Shown piece by piece: positions 19,522 through 29,584 of a stretch of 64,000 bases of DNA. The stretch's first letter is position 1, and every line of letters begins with the position of its first letter. The stretch lies in IMG/VR virus record IMGVR_UViG_3300032523_001510; one strand, given 5' to 3'. The DNA comes from an uncultured virus (IMG/VR IMGVR_UViG_3300032523_001510) (taxonomy: Duplodnaviria > Heunggongvirae > Uroviricota > Caudoviricetes). The position numbers and the translations under genes were made by a program. The notes below the pieces were generated by a model. The model was not told where the DNA came from. It saw nothing but the letters and a program-made list of their open reading frames with translations, and did not search any database.

Positions 19522-20490
19522 ATGGAATCAGAAAAGAATGTTTGTAATGATAAAAGTTTCTTGCCAAACAACCCAATATTAGATAAGCCTCCGGGAAATT
19601 GTGATGGGCCAGAATTAAATTTAAAAAACCCAAATACCGAAGACTTGGCTTGGTTAGACGATAAATCATTTAAAAAAACAGGTCTTGGAGCGGGAGCAAA
19701 CTGCGACCCAATGCAAACAGGCCAAATCGTACAAGATTCAAATAATCCCGATACCCAAACAGTTTATAGATACAGCAAGGCTAAACGTGGTTGCGATGAA
19801 GCCATGATCGATCTATTCAGAAATGTAATAGTAATCGATGAAAACGCAAAATCATTTCCAGTACCGATAATTTGGGGTACTCAAGAAAAGGCAGTAGCAG
19901 CAATACTTCAAGAAAATCTTGTGAAAGACGAAACCCTTGTAGTCAATCGTATCAGGCTACCTTTCATGGCAATTATAGATAATGGTTACGCCTTTAATGC
20001 CAACAGATACACATACCACAAAGCAATTGATTACATGCGTGATCCGGCTCTTGGAAATAAGCCCGGATTTACTACAAGCGAAAAATATGAAAGAGACACA
20101 ATATTTGGCGTAGCAAGAGGTATTCCAATAGATATAAATTACACATTAACTATTTGGACATTATATTTGGAAGATATGAATCAGATATTCGAACAAATTA
20201 TTACAAAATTTAGTCAAACTGCATATATAAGAGTAACTGGCGTACCTTGGGAGGTAATTGTAAAGTTAGATTCGATATCAAATAATCTTGACGCAGAACC
20301 GGGCGACCAAGCAATCAGGATTATAAAATACGAATTTGGATTTACTACTGAAACTTTCATACCTCAACCGATAGTTAGAAAAAAAGCGATATTAAAGACT
20401 AAGATCGACATTGTTGATGGATTAAACGAAAATGAAATATCGAAGGTTATGCTTAAAATAGAGGAAGCTGTTAAGGAACTTAAATGTTAG
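19522..20490 (+). CDS. Tail terminator/sheath stabiliser, T4 gp15-like
   Basis: VPIIWGTQEK, RIRLPFMA and PIDINYTLTIW...DMNQIFEQI motifs. Confidence 0.8.
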   Translation: MESEKNVCNDKSFLPNNPILDKPPGNCDGPELNLKNPNTEDLAWLDDKSFKKTGLGAGANCDPMQTGQIVQDSNNPDTQTVYRYSKAKRGCDEAMIDLFRNVIVIDENAKSFPVPIIWGTQEKAVAAILQENLVKDETLVVNRIRLPFMAIIDNGYAFNANRYTYHKAIDYMRDPALGNKPGFTTSEKYERDTIFGVARGIPIDINYTLTIWTLYLEDMNQIFEQIITKFSQTAYIRVTGVPWEVIVKLDSISNNLDAEPGDQAIRIIKYEFGFTTETFIPQPIVRKKAILKTKIDIVDGLNENEISKVMLKIEEAVKELKC

Positions 20491-20711
20491 AAATTAAAAA
20501 CAAGAATAAATTTCCAGTACAGTTGATAATAAAGTCAAGAAAGGCACCTCGTTCTTTCACCACTCTAAATGTTCCATCTATAGGTAGTGGAAAAAATATT
20601 TATTATTTAGAAGATGAAAGAACAACTGAATACATAGATAGAGCAGTAGATCAAGGATTAATATCCGTAAAATACCTACCAAACAAAATTTTGCTAAAGG
20701 GAGATAAATAA
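20484..20711 (+). CDS. Small protein preceding the tail sheath gene
   Basis: 75 aa ORF coupled to both neighbours. Confidence 0.7.
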   Translation: MLEIKNKNKFPVQLIIKSRKAPRSFTTLNVPSIGSGKNIYYLEDERTTEYIDRAVDQGLISVKYLPNKILLKGDK

Positions 20712-20712
20712 T

Positions 20713-23106
20713 ATGGCTATTTTAAAAGGTTTTCCACCTTCGAACACAATCAGTCCCAGTGTAAGAATAACTGAGAAAGATTTGTCCTTCATCGCACCAG
20801 AACAAACTTTACATGTTGGTGCATTGGTAGGATTTGCAAGCAAAGGCCCAATTAACTTGCCTACGCTCGTAAGCACTAACGCTCAACTTCATAGAATTTT
20901 CGGACAACCCCATCCAGATGTTAGCGATCCATATCTAACATATGCTGCTGATCAATATCTTTTAGTAGCAAATCAAGTGTATGTCGTTCGTGTTGCAGAA
21001 GTAGACCCAGTAAATGATGAAGAAGCTACAGAAGCAAAAGTTAAAATTCCATCCGCAGGTGGAGTTGTAGAAACAATAGGTTCTATTGGATTTATGAATG
21101 ACGAATCAGAAACAGTCACAGTTATGACCGATAAGTTTTTTACATATAGACTTAATGGTCAGCTTATGCCAAAGACTTTGGTACTCACTGTTGACGATCT
21201 TGATCTTGGACAAGAATATACTGTTCAAGAAGTCGTAACAGCCCTTAATGATCAACTTAGTTCCGATGATGGAATTGAATTCTTCAAGCACGATGATGGC
21301 GATGATGATTTCCTTGGAGTAAGAACTCTTTGGGCTTATGGTCCAAATGCTACAATGGAATTCGTATCTATTCAAGATTCAATTTATGGTGCCGATAGCC
21401 AATTTGGTTTGGGAACTGACATGTCTCACGCTATGGTAGCTGGAGACAATACCTTTTTCCCTCTTGATGATGCATATTCAGTAAATGGAGAATATGATCT
21501 AGGTGGGCTATCTGAATTGAATATCAACATCGTTGTAGACGGAACCGATAATGTTCTTATCGATAATGTTGTACAAGTAGTAGACTTAGACGCAGCATTA
21601 GGAACTTTAGCTGATGACACAGAAATTGCAGATATCGTTGACGCAATAAATGACTATCGTGACGACAATCTTCCCGGTGGATGGGAAGCAGCAATAGACA
21701 CTAACACATACAGTCTAAAAATCAATACTCTTGCTTATGGTAAAGACTCCCGTATTCGCATTAAACCAGACAGTACAGCACTAGATGTTTTTGGATTTTC
21801 CACATCTACCAAAAAAGGAGTAAGTCCTTCTAGAGACTCTAACGATGCCGATGTCGCAGTTGCAGGTGTAATATCTGGAACTAGCAACACTAGTGATGAA
21901 ACTACTTTTGTAGTACAAGCTGATTCTGTTGGTATTGATGGCAACATGACTCAAGTTAGAGTGACCAATGATGTAAACGCAAATGTGTTCACAGTTGAAG
22001 TGTTTAACGATGCTGTTCAAGTAGAAGCATGGGGCAATCTTACCAAAGATCCAACTAGCCGTTTCTATGTTGAAAGTTACCTTTCCTTAGTGTCTGATTA
22101 TATTCGTGTTTCTGACGACACCGATGTAAACGCAGGCCCTGCAAACGGAACCTATACACTAGTTGGTGGCTCTGATGGCATTCCAGCAGACCCAGATGAT
22201 CAAGATTCGCTTTTAGTTGGTAGCAAGATCGGCTCCACTGGTCTTTACACCATGTCTGACACCGAACAAATCGACATCGATTTAGTTGCAATTCCCGGCC
22301 ACGCAAGCACTACTTGTGTTACCGCTTTGATCGACTTCTGTCAGAATGTTAGAACCGATTGCCTTGCTATTATCGATCCTCCTTTTGGTCTTACCATTAA
22401 GGAAATCATTGCTTGGCAAAACGGAAGTCACCCTCTTAATACTACAAAGTTAGATACTGACTTTGCTGCATTGTACTGGCCTTGGGTGAAAATTCGTGAC
22501 AACTACAATCAAGTAGATGTTTGGGTTCCTCCAAGTGGTTCTGTAATGGCAACAATTGCACGAAGCGATGGTATCGCTCGTCCTTGGTTCGCTCCAGCTG
22601 GTATTACTCGTGGTATCGTTCCCGGTATTTCAGATGTTTACGATAGACCGAACTTGGAAGAAAGAGATCTACTCTACGGCAATAGAAATTGTGTAAATCC
22701 GATTGTTAGCTTCCCAGATGTTGGCGGGTTCGTAGTTTTTGGTCAAAAAACCTTACAACGAAGACCTACAGCACTAGACAGGATAAACGTTCGAAGAATG
22801 ATGTTCTATGTTGAAAAAAGAATCCGTGTCGCTTCTAGAACTTTGCTATTCGAACCTAACGATGCTACTTTCAGAAGCAGATTTGTACTTTTGGCAAACG
22901 GAATTTTAGACGAAGTAAAAGTTGGAAGAGGCATTACTGCTTATATCATTAAGGCCGACACTGAATTGAACACACCAGATGTAATTGATAGAAATGAATT
23001 TAGGGCCAGAATTGGTATTCAGCCCACAAGAGCAGTAGAATTCATGTTTATTGAATTCTCTATTCATAGAACCGGTAGTTTCTCTGAGAACGCAGATACA
23101 TTCTAA
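20713..23106 (+). CDS. gp18: Contractile tail sheath protein (T4 gp18-like)
   Basis: SPSVRITEKDLS, GFASKGP, AALYWPW, WFAPAG, GQKTLQ, DRINVRR and EFMFIEF motifs. Confidence 0.97.
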   Translation: MAILKGFPPSNTISPSVRITEKDLSFIAPEQTLHVGALVGFASKGPINLPTLVSTNAQLHRIFGQPHPDVSDPYLTYAADQYLLVANQVYVVRVAEVDPVNDEEATEAKVKIPSAGGVVETIGSIGFMNDESETVTVMTDKFFTYRLNGQLMPKTLVLTVDDLDLGQEYTVQEVVTALNDQLSSDDGIEFFKHDDGDDDFLGVRTLWAYGPNATMEFVSIQDSIYGADSQFGLGTDMSHAMVAGDNTFFPLDDAYSVNGEYDLGGLSELNINIVVDGTDNVLIDNVVQVVDLDAALGTLADDTEIADIVDAINDYRDDNLPGGWEAAIDTNTYSLKINTLAYGKDSRIRIKPDSTALDVFGFSTSTKKGVSPSRDSNDADVAVAGVISGTSNTSDETTFVVQADSVGIDGNMTQVRVTNDVNANVFTVEVFNDAVQVEAWGNLTKDPTSRFYVESYLSLVSDYIRVSDDTDVNAGPANGTYTLVGGSDGIPADPDDQDSLLVGSKIGSTGLYTMSDTEQIDIDLVAIPGHASTTCVTALIDFCQNVRTDCLAIIDPPFGLTIKEIIAWQNGSHPLNTTKLDTDFAALYWPWVKIRDNYNQVDVWVPPSGSVMATIARSDGIARPWFAPAGITRGIVPGISDVYDRPNLEERDLLYGNRNCVNPIVSFPDVGGFVVFGQKTLQRRPTALDRINVRRMMFYVEKRIRVASRTLLFEPNDATFRSRFVLLANGILDEVKVGRGITAYIIKADTELNTPDVIDRNEFRARIGIQPTRAVEFMFIEFSIHRTGSFSENADTF

Positions 23107-23132
23107 ATAAATTTTAAAAAAAGAGGTGAAAA

Positions 23133-23741
23133 ATGGCAACTCCAAGTGGATCAGGTATAGCTATGGGCTTAGGATTACTAGGCAACGAAAATATTGTATT
23201 CAAAAGAAAATACAGATGGACGATGGAATTCTTTTGTCCTTGCGACTCAAATATTGGAAGTCACTTAGTCAAAGTATCTTCAAGACCAAATATTTCAATT
23301 GAAGAAACTGAAATTAATTTCCTTCATGGAAAAATGTGGATTCCCGGCAAAGCAACTTGGGAAACCATAAGTGTAACATTTTACGATATAGCAGTTGGAG
23401 AAGGAGATGCAGGTTCTAACGGCATATACACTTGGCTCGCAACTGTATATAATTTTACAGACAATGTTGGCTTACACCAATCTTCCCGCAAAGGAGACGA
23501 AACTAGTGGATCTCAAGGTTATGCTGGAAAAGTAAAACTTACAATGTTCGATGGATGTGGAGAGGCATTAGAAGAATGGACTTTAGGACATTGCTGGCCT
23601 CAAGCCATTAACTTTGGAGAACTTGATTATTCAAGTTCCGAAGAAGCAACCATCGAAGTAACCTTGCGTTATGCTACAGCAGAATACAAAGCAATTTGTG
23701 GTACGATGAAACCACCTTGTTGTGCAGGTTGTTTCGGTTAA
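23133..23741 (+). CDS. gp19: Tail tube protein (T4 gp19-like)
   Basis: Follows the sheath gene. PGKATWETISVTFYD and WPQAINFGELDYSS...TLRY motifs. Confidence 0.9.
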   Translation: MATPSGSGIAMGLGLLGNENIVFKRKYRWTMEFFCPCDSNIGSHLVKVSSRPNISIEETEINFLHGKMWIPGKATWETISVTFYDIAVGEGDAGSNGIYTWLATVYNFTDNVGLHQSSRKGDETSGSQGYAGKVKLTMFDGCGEALEEWTLGHCWPQAINFGELDYSSSEEATIEVTLRYATAEYKAICGTMKPPCCAGCFG

Positions 23742-23762
23742 TCAAATAAATAATACTAAATT

Positions 23763-23794
23763 AAAAGGTCTTGTATACTACAAGACCTTTTTTT
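23763..23794 (+). terminator. Intrinsic terminator
   Basis: aaaaggtcttgta / tacaagacctttt stem followed by a T tract. Confidence 0.9.
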
Positions 23795-23810
23795 ACATAA
23801 AGAGATAAAT

Positions 23811-24350
23811 ATGGCAACTCCAAGTGGATCAGGTATAGATATGGGCTTAGGAAAATTAAATCTACCAACCACATGTTTTAAAAGAAAATATAGATGGTTT
23901 GTAAAATTTGACGAAGAAAATTATACGGATATATTACCGCCAAATAAAACAGCAAGACCAACATTGACTTTCAAAGATATGGAAGCACAACATCTTAACG
24001 AAACTATTTACTTTCCGGGCAAACCAGATTGGAAGCCAATAACTTTGACTTTATATGATATTCAAAGAGGAACAGACAATGCTGTTTGGCAAACAATAAT
24101 AGAACTATATGATCCAAAAAAAGGTACTTACAATACATCTGTTGGTTCTTTTACATTTGATGGTTATAAATTCAAAGAAATGAAAGTTGGCATGTTGGAC
24201 GGTTGTGGAAACACAATAGAAGTTTGGGTTTTTGAAAACCCTTACTTTCAAGAAGTAAACTGGGGAGAGCTAGACATGACAGTATCTGATGTAGTTTATG
24301 TCGATATAACTATTAGATATGATCGTGCCTATGTGCAAAACGAAGATTAA
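23811..24350 (+). CDS. Second tail tube-like protein (paralogue)
   Basis: PGKPDWKPITLTLYD and VNWGELD...TIRYDRA motifs. Confidence 0.85.
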   Translation: MATPSGSGIDMGLGKLNLPTTCFKRKYRWFVKFDEENYTDILPPNKTARPTLTFKDMEAQHLNETIYFPGKPDWKPITLTLYDIQRGTDNAVWQTIIELYDPKKGTYNTSVGSFTFDGYKFKEMKVGMLDGCGNTIEVWVFENPYFQEVNWGELDMTVSDVVYVDITIRYDRAYVQNED

Positions 24351-24580
24351 TATATATTCTTAAGTATGTCTCTACATCTTAAAAGCATTTCTTCTAATTC
24401 TTTAGGCTTGCAATTTAATATTCTGCAAGCTCCACTTTTATTGAGTCTTCCTTTTTTAGTATAAACTTTATTTTCATTAGAAAGAAGTAATTCAACAAAT
24501 TTACCAAGACCGTGTTCTTCGAGTTTTTTTAGTGTTTCTTGTCGTTCTAATTGATCTAAACCATCATTTCCATAAAACAT
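24347..24580 (-). CDS. Small HTH-like protein
   Basis: LNKSGACRILNCKPKELEEML pattern; AGGTG RBS. Confidence 0.65.
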   Translation of the reverse strand: MFYGNDGLDQLERQETLKKLEEHGLGKFVELLLSNENKVYTKKGRLNKSGACRILNCKPKELEEMLLRCRDILKNIY

Positions 24581-24638
24581 AATTTTTCACCTATAAGTTA
24601 TATTTAATTATATTGTGAATATAATTAAATATCAAGTT

Positions 24639-25163
24639 TTAAGAATTATTATGTTTTTTAAAATTTTTATTTATATAAGGTAGATTTTGTTCAAATTTAA
24701 GCTGAACGAAATCAGAGTATCTTCTTTTTAAATCATTGTAGTTTCTCGCAGACCTATACAATTGCTTGAAATGATTTAGAATACAAGTGGTCATGTAATT
24801 GAACGCTTTTCCCTTAGAAGGATCGAATCTATCTACTTTTTCAAAACATATCATGACTCCTTCTTGCACAGCATCATCTTGATCTATTAAATTAAATTTG
24901 GCATATTTAACTATATTTTCTGATAAAGTATAAAAAGCAAATGCTATTTTTTCTTGTGTTTCTTGAAATTTATTATTTGAGATTTTGTATTTTTCTTGAA
25001 TTTCAAGCCAAACTTCTGGTAATTTGTAATTTTTATTTTCATTAAAAGTACAAGTTATTTCGTTTGATATAAAATATAATTGATTTTTTTCTTTTTTTAT
25101 ATTTTGAAAAACGGAAATTAAAATCTCAAATGTTTTATTGTTTAAATATTCCTGAACCATCAA
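24639..25163 (-). CDS. Late-transcription sigma factor, T4 gp55-like
   Basis: YLNNK, DDAVQEGVMICF and RFDPSKGKAFNYMT motifs (sigma region 2 only). Confidence 0.85.
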   Translation of the reverse strand: MMVQEYLNNKTFEILISVFQNIKKEKNQLYFISNEITCTFNENKNYKLPEVWLEIQEKYKISNNKFQETQEKIAFAFYTLSENIVKYAKFNLIDQDDAVQEGVMICFEKVDRFDPSKGKAFNYMTTCILNHFKQLYRSARNYNDLKRRYSDFVQLKFEQNLPYINKNFKKHNNS

Positions 25164-26029
25164 ACCTCTTGATTGTTAAAGTTTTTTTGCCATTTTTTTT
25201 TCCAATCTTCAATTCTTTCAAGGGCTTGCTTTCTTGCATCTAAATACCATTGATGTGATATATTATAGTATTCATGAGAATAAAGTTTTCCAGATGTATA
25301 ACTTCTAAAGTGATCTATGTTTTCATCTAATGTCCGCATGAAGTTTTCTTCTTTACCTATTATCTCTGGTTTTATGCTATTATTCCTCAATATATAATTG
25401 CCTAACAACTCTGTATCTGGCCAATTCGGTCTTGTTGGGTGTGGTCTGTAATCTTCTATATTAAATGTATTTGCCAATCTTCTCAGGCTCCAACCAAAGC
25501 CAATCTTGTCCATTGTCTTCATGTGATACATCGAACATGTGTGACTGACCATTCCCTCCCAATCTTTATGCATTCGTTTTGTTATTTCGTAACCAACTAC
25601 TGGTGATTTGTTCAAACAGGAATCAAGCATATCCTCCAATAGATTGATTCTTCTTAGAAAGCAATCTGAATGAGTGGCGAACAAATAATCTGATCTACAC
25701 AAGGAAAATCCAAGATCCATAGCCATAGCAGGTAGATCGCTTGGGTGCAAAACACCATTTAATCGTATACTGTGAACTTCTATGTCTTCGCTTCGTAATT
25801 TTTCTATTTCTTTATAATTAGCTTCTGTGCTTCCAGTATCAACGATAATAATAAATGGCTGAATAGTTTGCAATTGCAGCAATTCAACGCAAACCTTAAG
25901 CTCTTCTACGGTGTCTATTACTGGTACAACCGCAGTTATTTGATATGACCATGGTCGGTTGGTGCAATCGCCCTCCCAAGGTATTGAATTGTTTAAATCG
26001 TCACGAATTGGAGCTATTGATGGTATCAT
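25160..26029 (-). CDS. GT2-family glycosyltransferase
   Basis: ITAVVP, IIIVDTGS and FATHSD motifs. Confidence 0.8.
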   Translation of the reverse strand: MIPSIAPIRDDLNNSIPWEGDCTNRPWSYQITAVVPVIDTVEELKVCVELLQLQTIQPFIIIVDTGSTEANYKEIEKLRSEDIEVHSIRLNGVLHPSDLPAMAMDLGFSLCRSDYLFATHSDCFLRRINLLEDMLDSCLNKSPVVGYEITKRMHKDWEGMVSHTCSMYHMKTMDKIGFGWSLRRLANTFNIEDYRPHPTRPNWPDTELLGNYILRNNSIKPEIIGKEENFMRTLDENIDHFRSYTSGKLYSHEYYNISHQWYLDARKQALERIEDWKKKWQKNFNNQEV

Positions 26030-26077
26030 AAATTTATTGGCCTTTACTAAGTTAATATAGAAAGTAAAAGTAAAACT

Positions 26078-26260
26078 ATGGACATTTTAAGTATTTTGAC
26101 AGAAATTATAAATAACCCAAATGCAAAAAGAAACTATGTTAGATTATCTGATTACTATGCAAAAAATAATTTAATTCACGAAAACGAAGTCGTTGAAAAA
26201 ATAATAAAAGAATTCTTTGATGAAAATGAACAAAAAAATAACGACGATAATAACCATTAA
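26078..26260 (+). CDS. Small hypothetical protein
   Basis: 60 aa ORF overlapping the start of the next gene. Confidence 0.55.
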   Translation: MDILSILTEIINNPNAKRNYVRLSDYYAKNNLIHENEVVEKIIKEFFDENEQKNNDDNNH

Positions 26261-27179
26261 AGAAAAATCTAATTTTGAACGATGTTTTCTGTCTACTAAA
26301 AAATTAAACTGTGATTACCTCATTCTGGATAGTTTTAATCTTGAAGATGTCAGACTGTTTTGTAAAGCACATGAAATTAAATACATAGATTTTTATAAAA
26401 AAACAAAAAATTACGATGAAATGAAAAACAAAGCTATAGAAGAATCTAATTCCGAATGGTTGTTCTTCATTGATAGCAACGAAGCCATTATAAGTGGAAT
26501 CGATAAACTTTCTGTTATTGAAAACGAAAAAGCATTTTCTATTTGCGTAATGAACCAATACACAATAACCAAAGAATTAAGATTGTTTAAAAAAAGTTTA
26601 AACTACAAGTTTACAAACAGTTATTACGAATCAATCATCGCCAACAGCAAGCTACTAGATGTTTACATACACAGCACAGATGTGCTTGATCAACAAAAGG
26701 CTTTGATCTATTTCTTAGAACAAGAAGCTATGTTCCCGTCAAAAAACAGTATTCGATATTATCTTGCATGTTGTTTTTTAGCTTGTAATAGATTAACGGA
26801 ATTCAGCAATAAAGCTGAGGAATTTCTATTTCATTCCAAGAAAAATGATATGGCTCAAATTATGATAAATTATTATTTGTCTATGGTGAGATGCGTTAAA
26901 AAGTCAAATCTTGAAAGTGCCATGAAATATATATCTATTTGCATTTTATACAAACCTGATATGTCTGAATTTTGGTGCTGCCTTGCTGATATTTTCTATC
27001 AATTAAACGACATAAAAAAAGCTAAATGTTTTTATAAAATAGCAATTATTGCTGGTTCTAAAAGAAAAAAAACAGACTTATGGCCACTTGAAATTAAAAA
27101 ATACAAAGAATATCCAAATAAAATGATCGAAAATTGTGATGAAATAGAAAAACAAAAAAAATCATATATAAAAATTTAA
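26217..27179 (+). CDS. Divergent GT2 plus TPR protein
   Basis: SEWLFFIDSNE (DxD-like) followed by TPR-like helices (EFWCCLADIFY). Confidence 0.65.
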   Translation: MMKMNKKITTIITIKEKSNFERCFLSTKKLNCDYLILDSFNLEDVRLFCKAHEIKYIDFYKKTKNYDEMKNKAIEESNSEWLFFIDSNEAIISGIDKLSVIENEKAFSICVMNQYTITKELRLFKKSLNYKFTNSYYESIIANSKLLDVYIHSTDVLDQQKALIYFLEQEAMFPSKNSIRYYLACCFLACNRLTEFSNKAEEFLFHSKKNDMAQIMINYYLSMVRCVKKSNLESAMKYISICILYKPDMSEFWCCLADIFYQLNDIKKAKCFYKIAIIAGSKRKKTDLWPLEIKKYKEYPNKMIENCDEIEKQKKSYIKI

Positions 27180-27544
27180 ATTTCTTGAACGACAACCGTG
27201 ACCTCGTCTTCGTATCTCGCCATAGCTATATTTACTTTGGCGTGTTTTATTTTCCTCAAATTATTTTCTAACTCGTTTATATGACAATTAATCACAGTCC
27301 AAGAACCTTCTTCTTTTTTAATTTCTTCTATTATTTCTTTATTTACTTCTTTGTTGGGAAAATAATCAGATAGTATGTGTCCACAATCTGAAACTATTTT
27401 ACGATAAAGAGGAGCGTTGCAGCCACAATTGGGATTTGAAAGAAATTTTGTAACTTCTGACTGAAAATAATCTGGTAATTTTTGTCTAAATCTAGAATCT
27501 TTTAGAGCCTGTTTAATTTCCGACAGGGTTATTTTCTTGTTCAT
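27176..27544 (-). CDS. Hypothetical protein
   Basis: 122 aa ORF with NPNCGCN motif. Confidence 0.7.
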   Translation of the reverse strand: MNKKITLSEIKQALKDSRFRQKLPDYFQSEVTKFLSNPNCGCNAPLYRKIVSDCGHILSDYFPNKEVNKEIIEEIKKEEGSWTVINCHINELENNLRKIKHAKVNIAMARYEDEVTVVVQEI

Positions 27545-27761
27545 TTTGACCTTCGTTTATAAACTTTGGAATGATCACATAGCCACAAGAAGGGCATTTA
27601 AATTGCTTTCTTCGTGTTTTATTGTTTACTTTTTTGGTCAGAGTATCATATAAAATTGGCACAGAGGAAACATTGTGTTCTTTGTAATCTGCAATGGATT
27701 TAGTTATATTCTTGTAATGACACTTAGAACAATAAAATATTATTTCTTTATTTGTTTCCAT
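27513..27761 (-). CDS. Zinc-ribbon protein
   Basis: CSKC...CPSCG motifs. Confidence 0.75.
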   Translation of the reverse strand: METNKEIIFYCSKCHYKNITKSIADYKEHNVSSVPILYDTLTKKVNNKTRRKQFKCPSCGYVIIPKFINEGQNEQENNPVGN

Positions 27762-27764
27762 TGT

Positions 27765-28106
27765 TTACACGTCCTTGTTTGTTTCTTCAGCAGATTGAGG
27801 TAAATTAATTATCGTAAGAGACTCTATGTAGTTTATAAACATAGCAGCTAAATTAGAAACAAATCCACCAGCACAACCACACGCAAATATTTTAAATGGT
27901 TCGTTTGTGAGCCAAACCCATCCCATAAAAAAACCACACCATGTTCCACTGCACATGTAACATTCAACTATCGTTCCCAAATGTGGAATTTTTAATTTTT
28001 CTGCGTATTTTTTAATATAAAATCTTAATTTCTCGAATATCGACCCATCAACAATAGTGTGCGACATGCCTATTGTTGATATAACGAAAAGAATAAAATC
28101 TACCAT
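27765..28106 (-). CDS. Small membrane protein, DUF1360-like
   Basis: Hydrophobic helices with CYMCSGTWCG. Confidence 0.7.
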   Translation of the reverse strand: MVDFILFVISTIGMSHTIVDGSIFEKLRFYIKKYAEKLKIPHLGTIVECYMCSGTWCGFFMGWVWLTNEPFKIFACGCAGGFVSNLAAMFINYIESLTIINLPQSAEETNKDV

Positions 28107-28110
28107 GTTG

Positions 28111-28482
28111 TTATCTCCAAAAAGTTATACCGATGTTTTTTTCGTTCCTGTAAATAGAAAAACTTTTGAAATTATTGTATTTTGAAAATTCAAATTTTTT
28201 CAATTCTTCTAGATTTATATCATAGTGTTTTACGAGTCCAACATCAAAATTTTCAACTACAATTTGGTCCATTAATATTTTTTCCATATCTAAAATTAAT
28301 TGACCTGATTCCATTCTATTTAAAGTTTCGATGTAAAATCTAAACTTTTCACTTTTATTATTAGTATATACTAGATTTTGCCACTCATTGTAAAAGTTTT
28401 CGTGATTAATTCTAAGATAATTTTGTATGTTCTTATTGAAGAAAATTATTTTTTCCAAATTTAAAATATTTAAAATTACCAT
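28111..28482 (-). CDS. Hypothetical protein
   Basis: 123 aa ORF in an operon-like run. Confidence 0.65.
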   Translation of the reverse strand: MVILNILNLEKIIFFNKNIQNYLRINHENFYNEWQNLVYTNNKSEKFRFYIETLNRMESGQLILDMEKILMDQIVVENFDVGLVKHYDINLEELKKFEFSKYNNFKSFSIYRNEKNIGITFWR

Positions 28483-28537
28483 ACTACATTATTTTCACTA
28501 GTGATTAGGTGTAATATTATATTTTAGGAGCATTCAA

Positions 28538-29584
28538 ATGTCAGATTCAAATGAAATTTTCAAACCACAAAGACCAGAATCAAATCAAATGGGATCATTT
28601 TCGGAAAATAATAATCCAGATGTTCCCAAGCCAAAAATAGAAGGAGATATACCAGAAGCATTTTTAAAGGCAATGAATCAACAAAAAAACACAAATCAAC
28701 AAAAAGATACAAATCAACAAAAAGATACAAATCAACAGAAAAACACAAATCAACAAGCGACACCTGCTAATGCTCAAGTTTCTGGTTCTGACCATCTAAA
28801 AGAACTTATAACTAATCTCAAAATAAACGGAAGAGTATACGAAGAAATTCAATTGCCATCTCGTGGTAAGTTCTACGATGGAGAATTGTCCAGTGGAACT
28901 ATTCATATAAGGCCAATGACTGGCGAAGAAGAACAAATTTTAGCAACTCCTAGATTTGTTAAAAAAGGACAAGCCATCAATATGATCTTCGAAAGATGTA
29001 TTCAAGAAAAAATCAAACCACAAGATCTTCTTTCTGTAGACAGAACATACTTGCTTATTTATTTGAGAGGTATTTCTTATTCTCCAGAATATGAAGTAGA
29101 AATAAAATGTCCCGAATGTACTAAGAAATTCACCACTTCAATCGACCTAAATTCTTTACATTTAGATTCATGTCCAGATGATTTTGGTCCTATTTTGGCC
29201 GACACGCTTCCGAACACCAAATTGACATTTACCTATAGACTCGGAACAGGAAGCGATGAACAAGAAATTCAAGATTATCGTGATCGAAGAATCAAGATGT
29301 TCGGTGATGGAGCGGCTGATGATACTCTGACTTATAGAACCGCACAGTTGTTGGTCGACATCGATGGCATAACAAACAAAAACGAACTTCAAATTCTATT
29401 AAAGAACCTTCCGATCAATGATGTGTCCTACATCAGATCGTGCGTAAACGAACCTCCATTCGGAGTAGACACTAATGTTGAAATCATTTGTGCGAGTTGT
29501 TTACAAGACTTTAATGTGGAACTACCATTAGAGTCAAGTTTTTTCTTCCCTCGTCGCAAAAAGGCGACGAATACGCAAGTTTAG
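28538..29584 (+). CDS. Baseplate hub/tail assembly chaperone, T4 gp26-like
   Basis: LPSRGKFY, RPMTGEEEQIL, DRTYLLIYLRGISY, CPEC, CASC and FFFP motifs. Confidence 0.85.
   Translation: MSDSNEIFKPQRPESNQMGSFSENNNPDVPKPKIEGDIPEAFLKAMNQQKNTNQQKDTNQQKDTNQQKNTNQQATPANAQVSGSDHLKELITNLKINGRVYEEIQLPSRGKFYDGELSSGTIHIRPMTGEEEQILATPRFVKKGQAINMIFERCIQEKIKPQDLLSVDRTYLLIYLRGISYSPEYEVEIKCPECTKKFTTSIDLNSLHLDSCPDDFGPILADTLPNTKLTFTYRLGTGSDEQEIQDYRDRRIKMFGDGAADDTLTYRTAQLLVDIDGITNKNELQILLKNLPINDVSYIRSCVNEPPFGVDTNVEIICASCLQDFNVELPLESSFFFPRRKKATNTQV
28676..28756 (+). repeat. 18-bp coding tandem repeat (NQQK[N/D]T), about 4.5 copies
   Basis: aatcaacaaaaa(a/g)a(c/t)aca units. Confidence 0.9.
29539..29570 (+). promoter_or_regulatory. 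Programmed -1 ribosomal frameshift signal
   Basis: In-frame T_TTT_TTC heptamer, 5-nt spacer, then a tcgtcgc/gcgacga hairpin. Confidence 0.75.

Noticed and set aside
19277..19669. 130-aa minus-strand ORF
   Set aside because: It overlaps two better-supported plus-strand genes. A short internal peptide from 19477 cannot be excluded but has no support.
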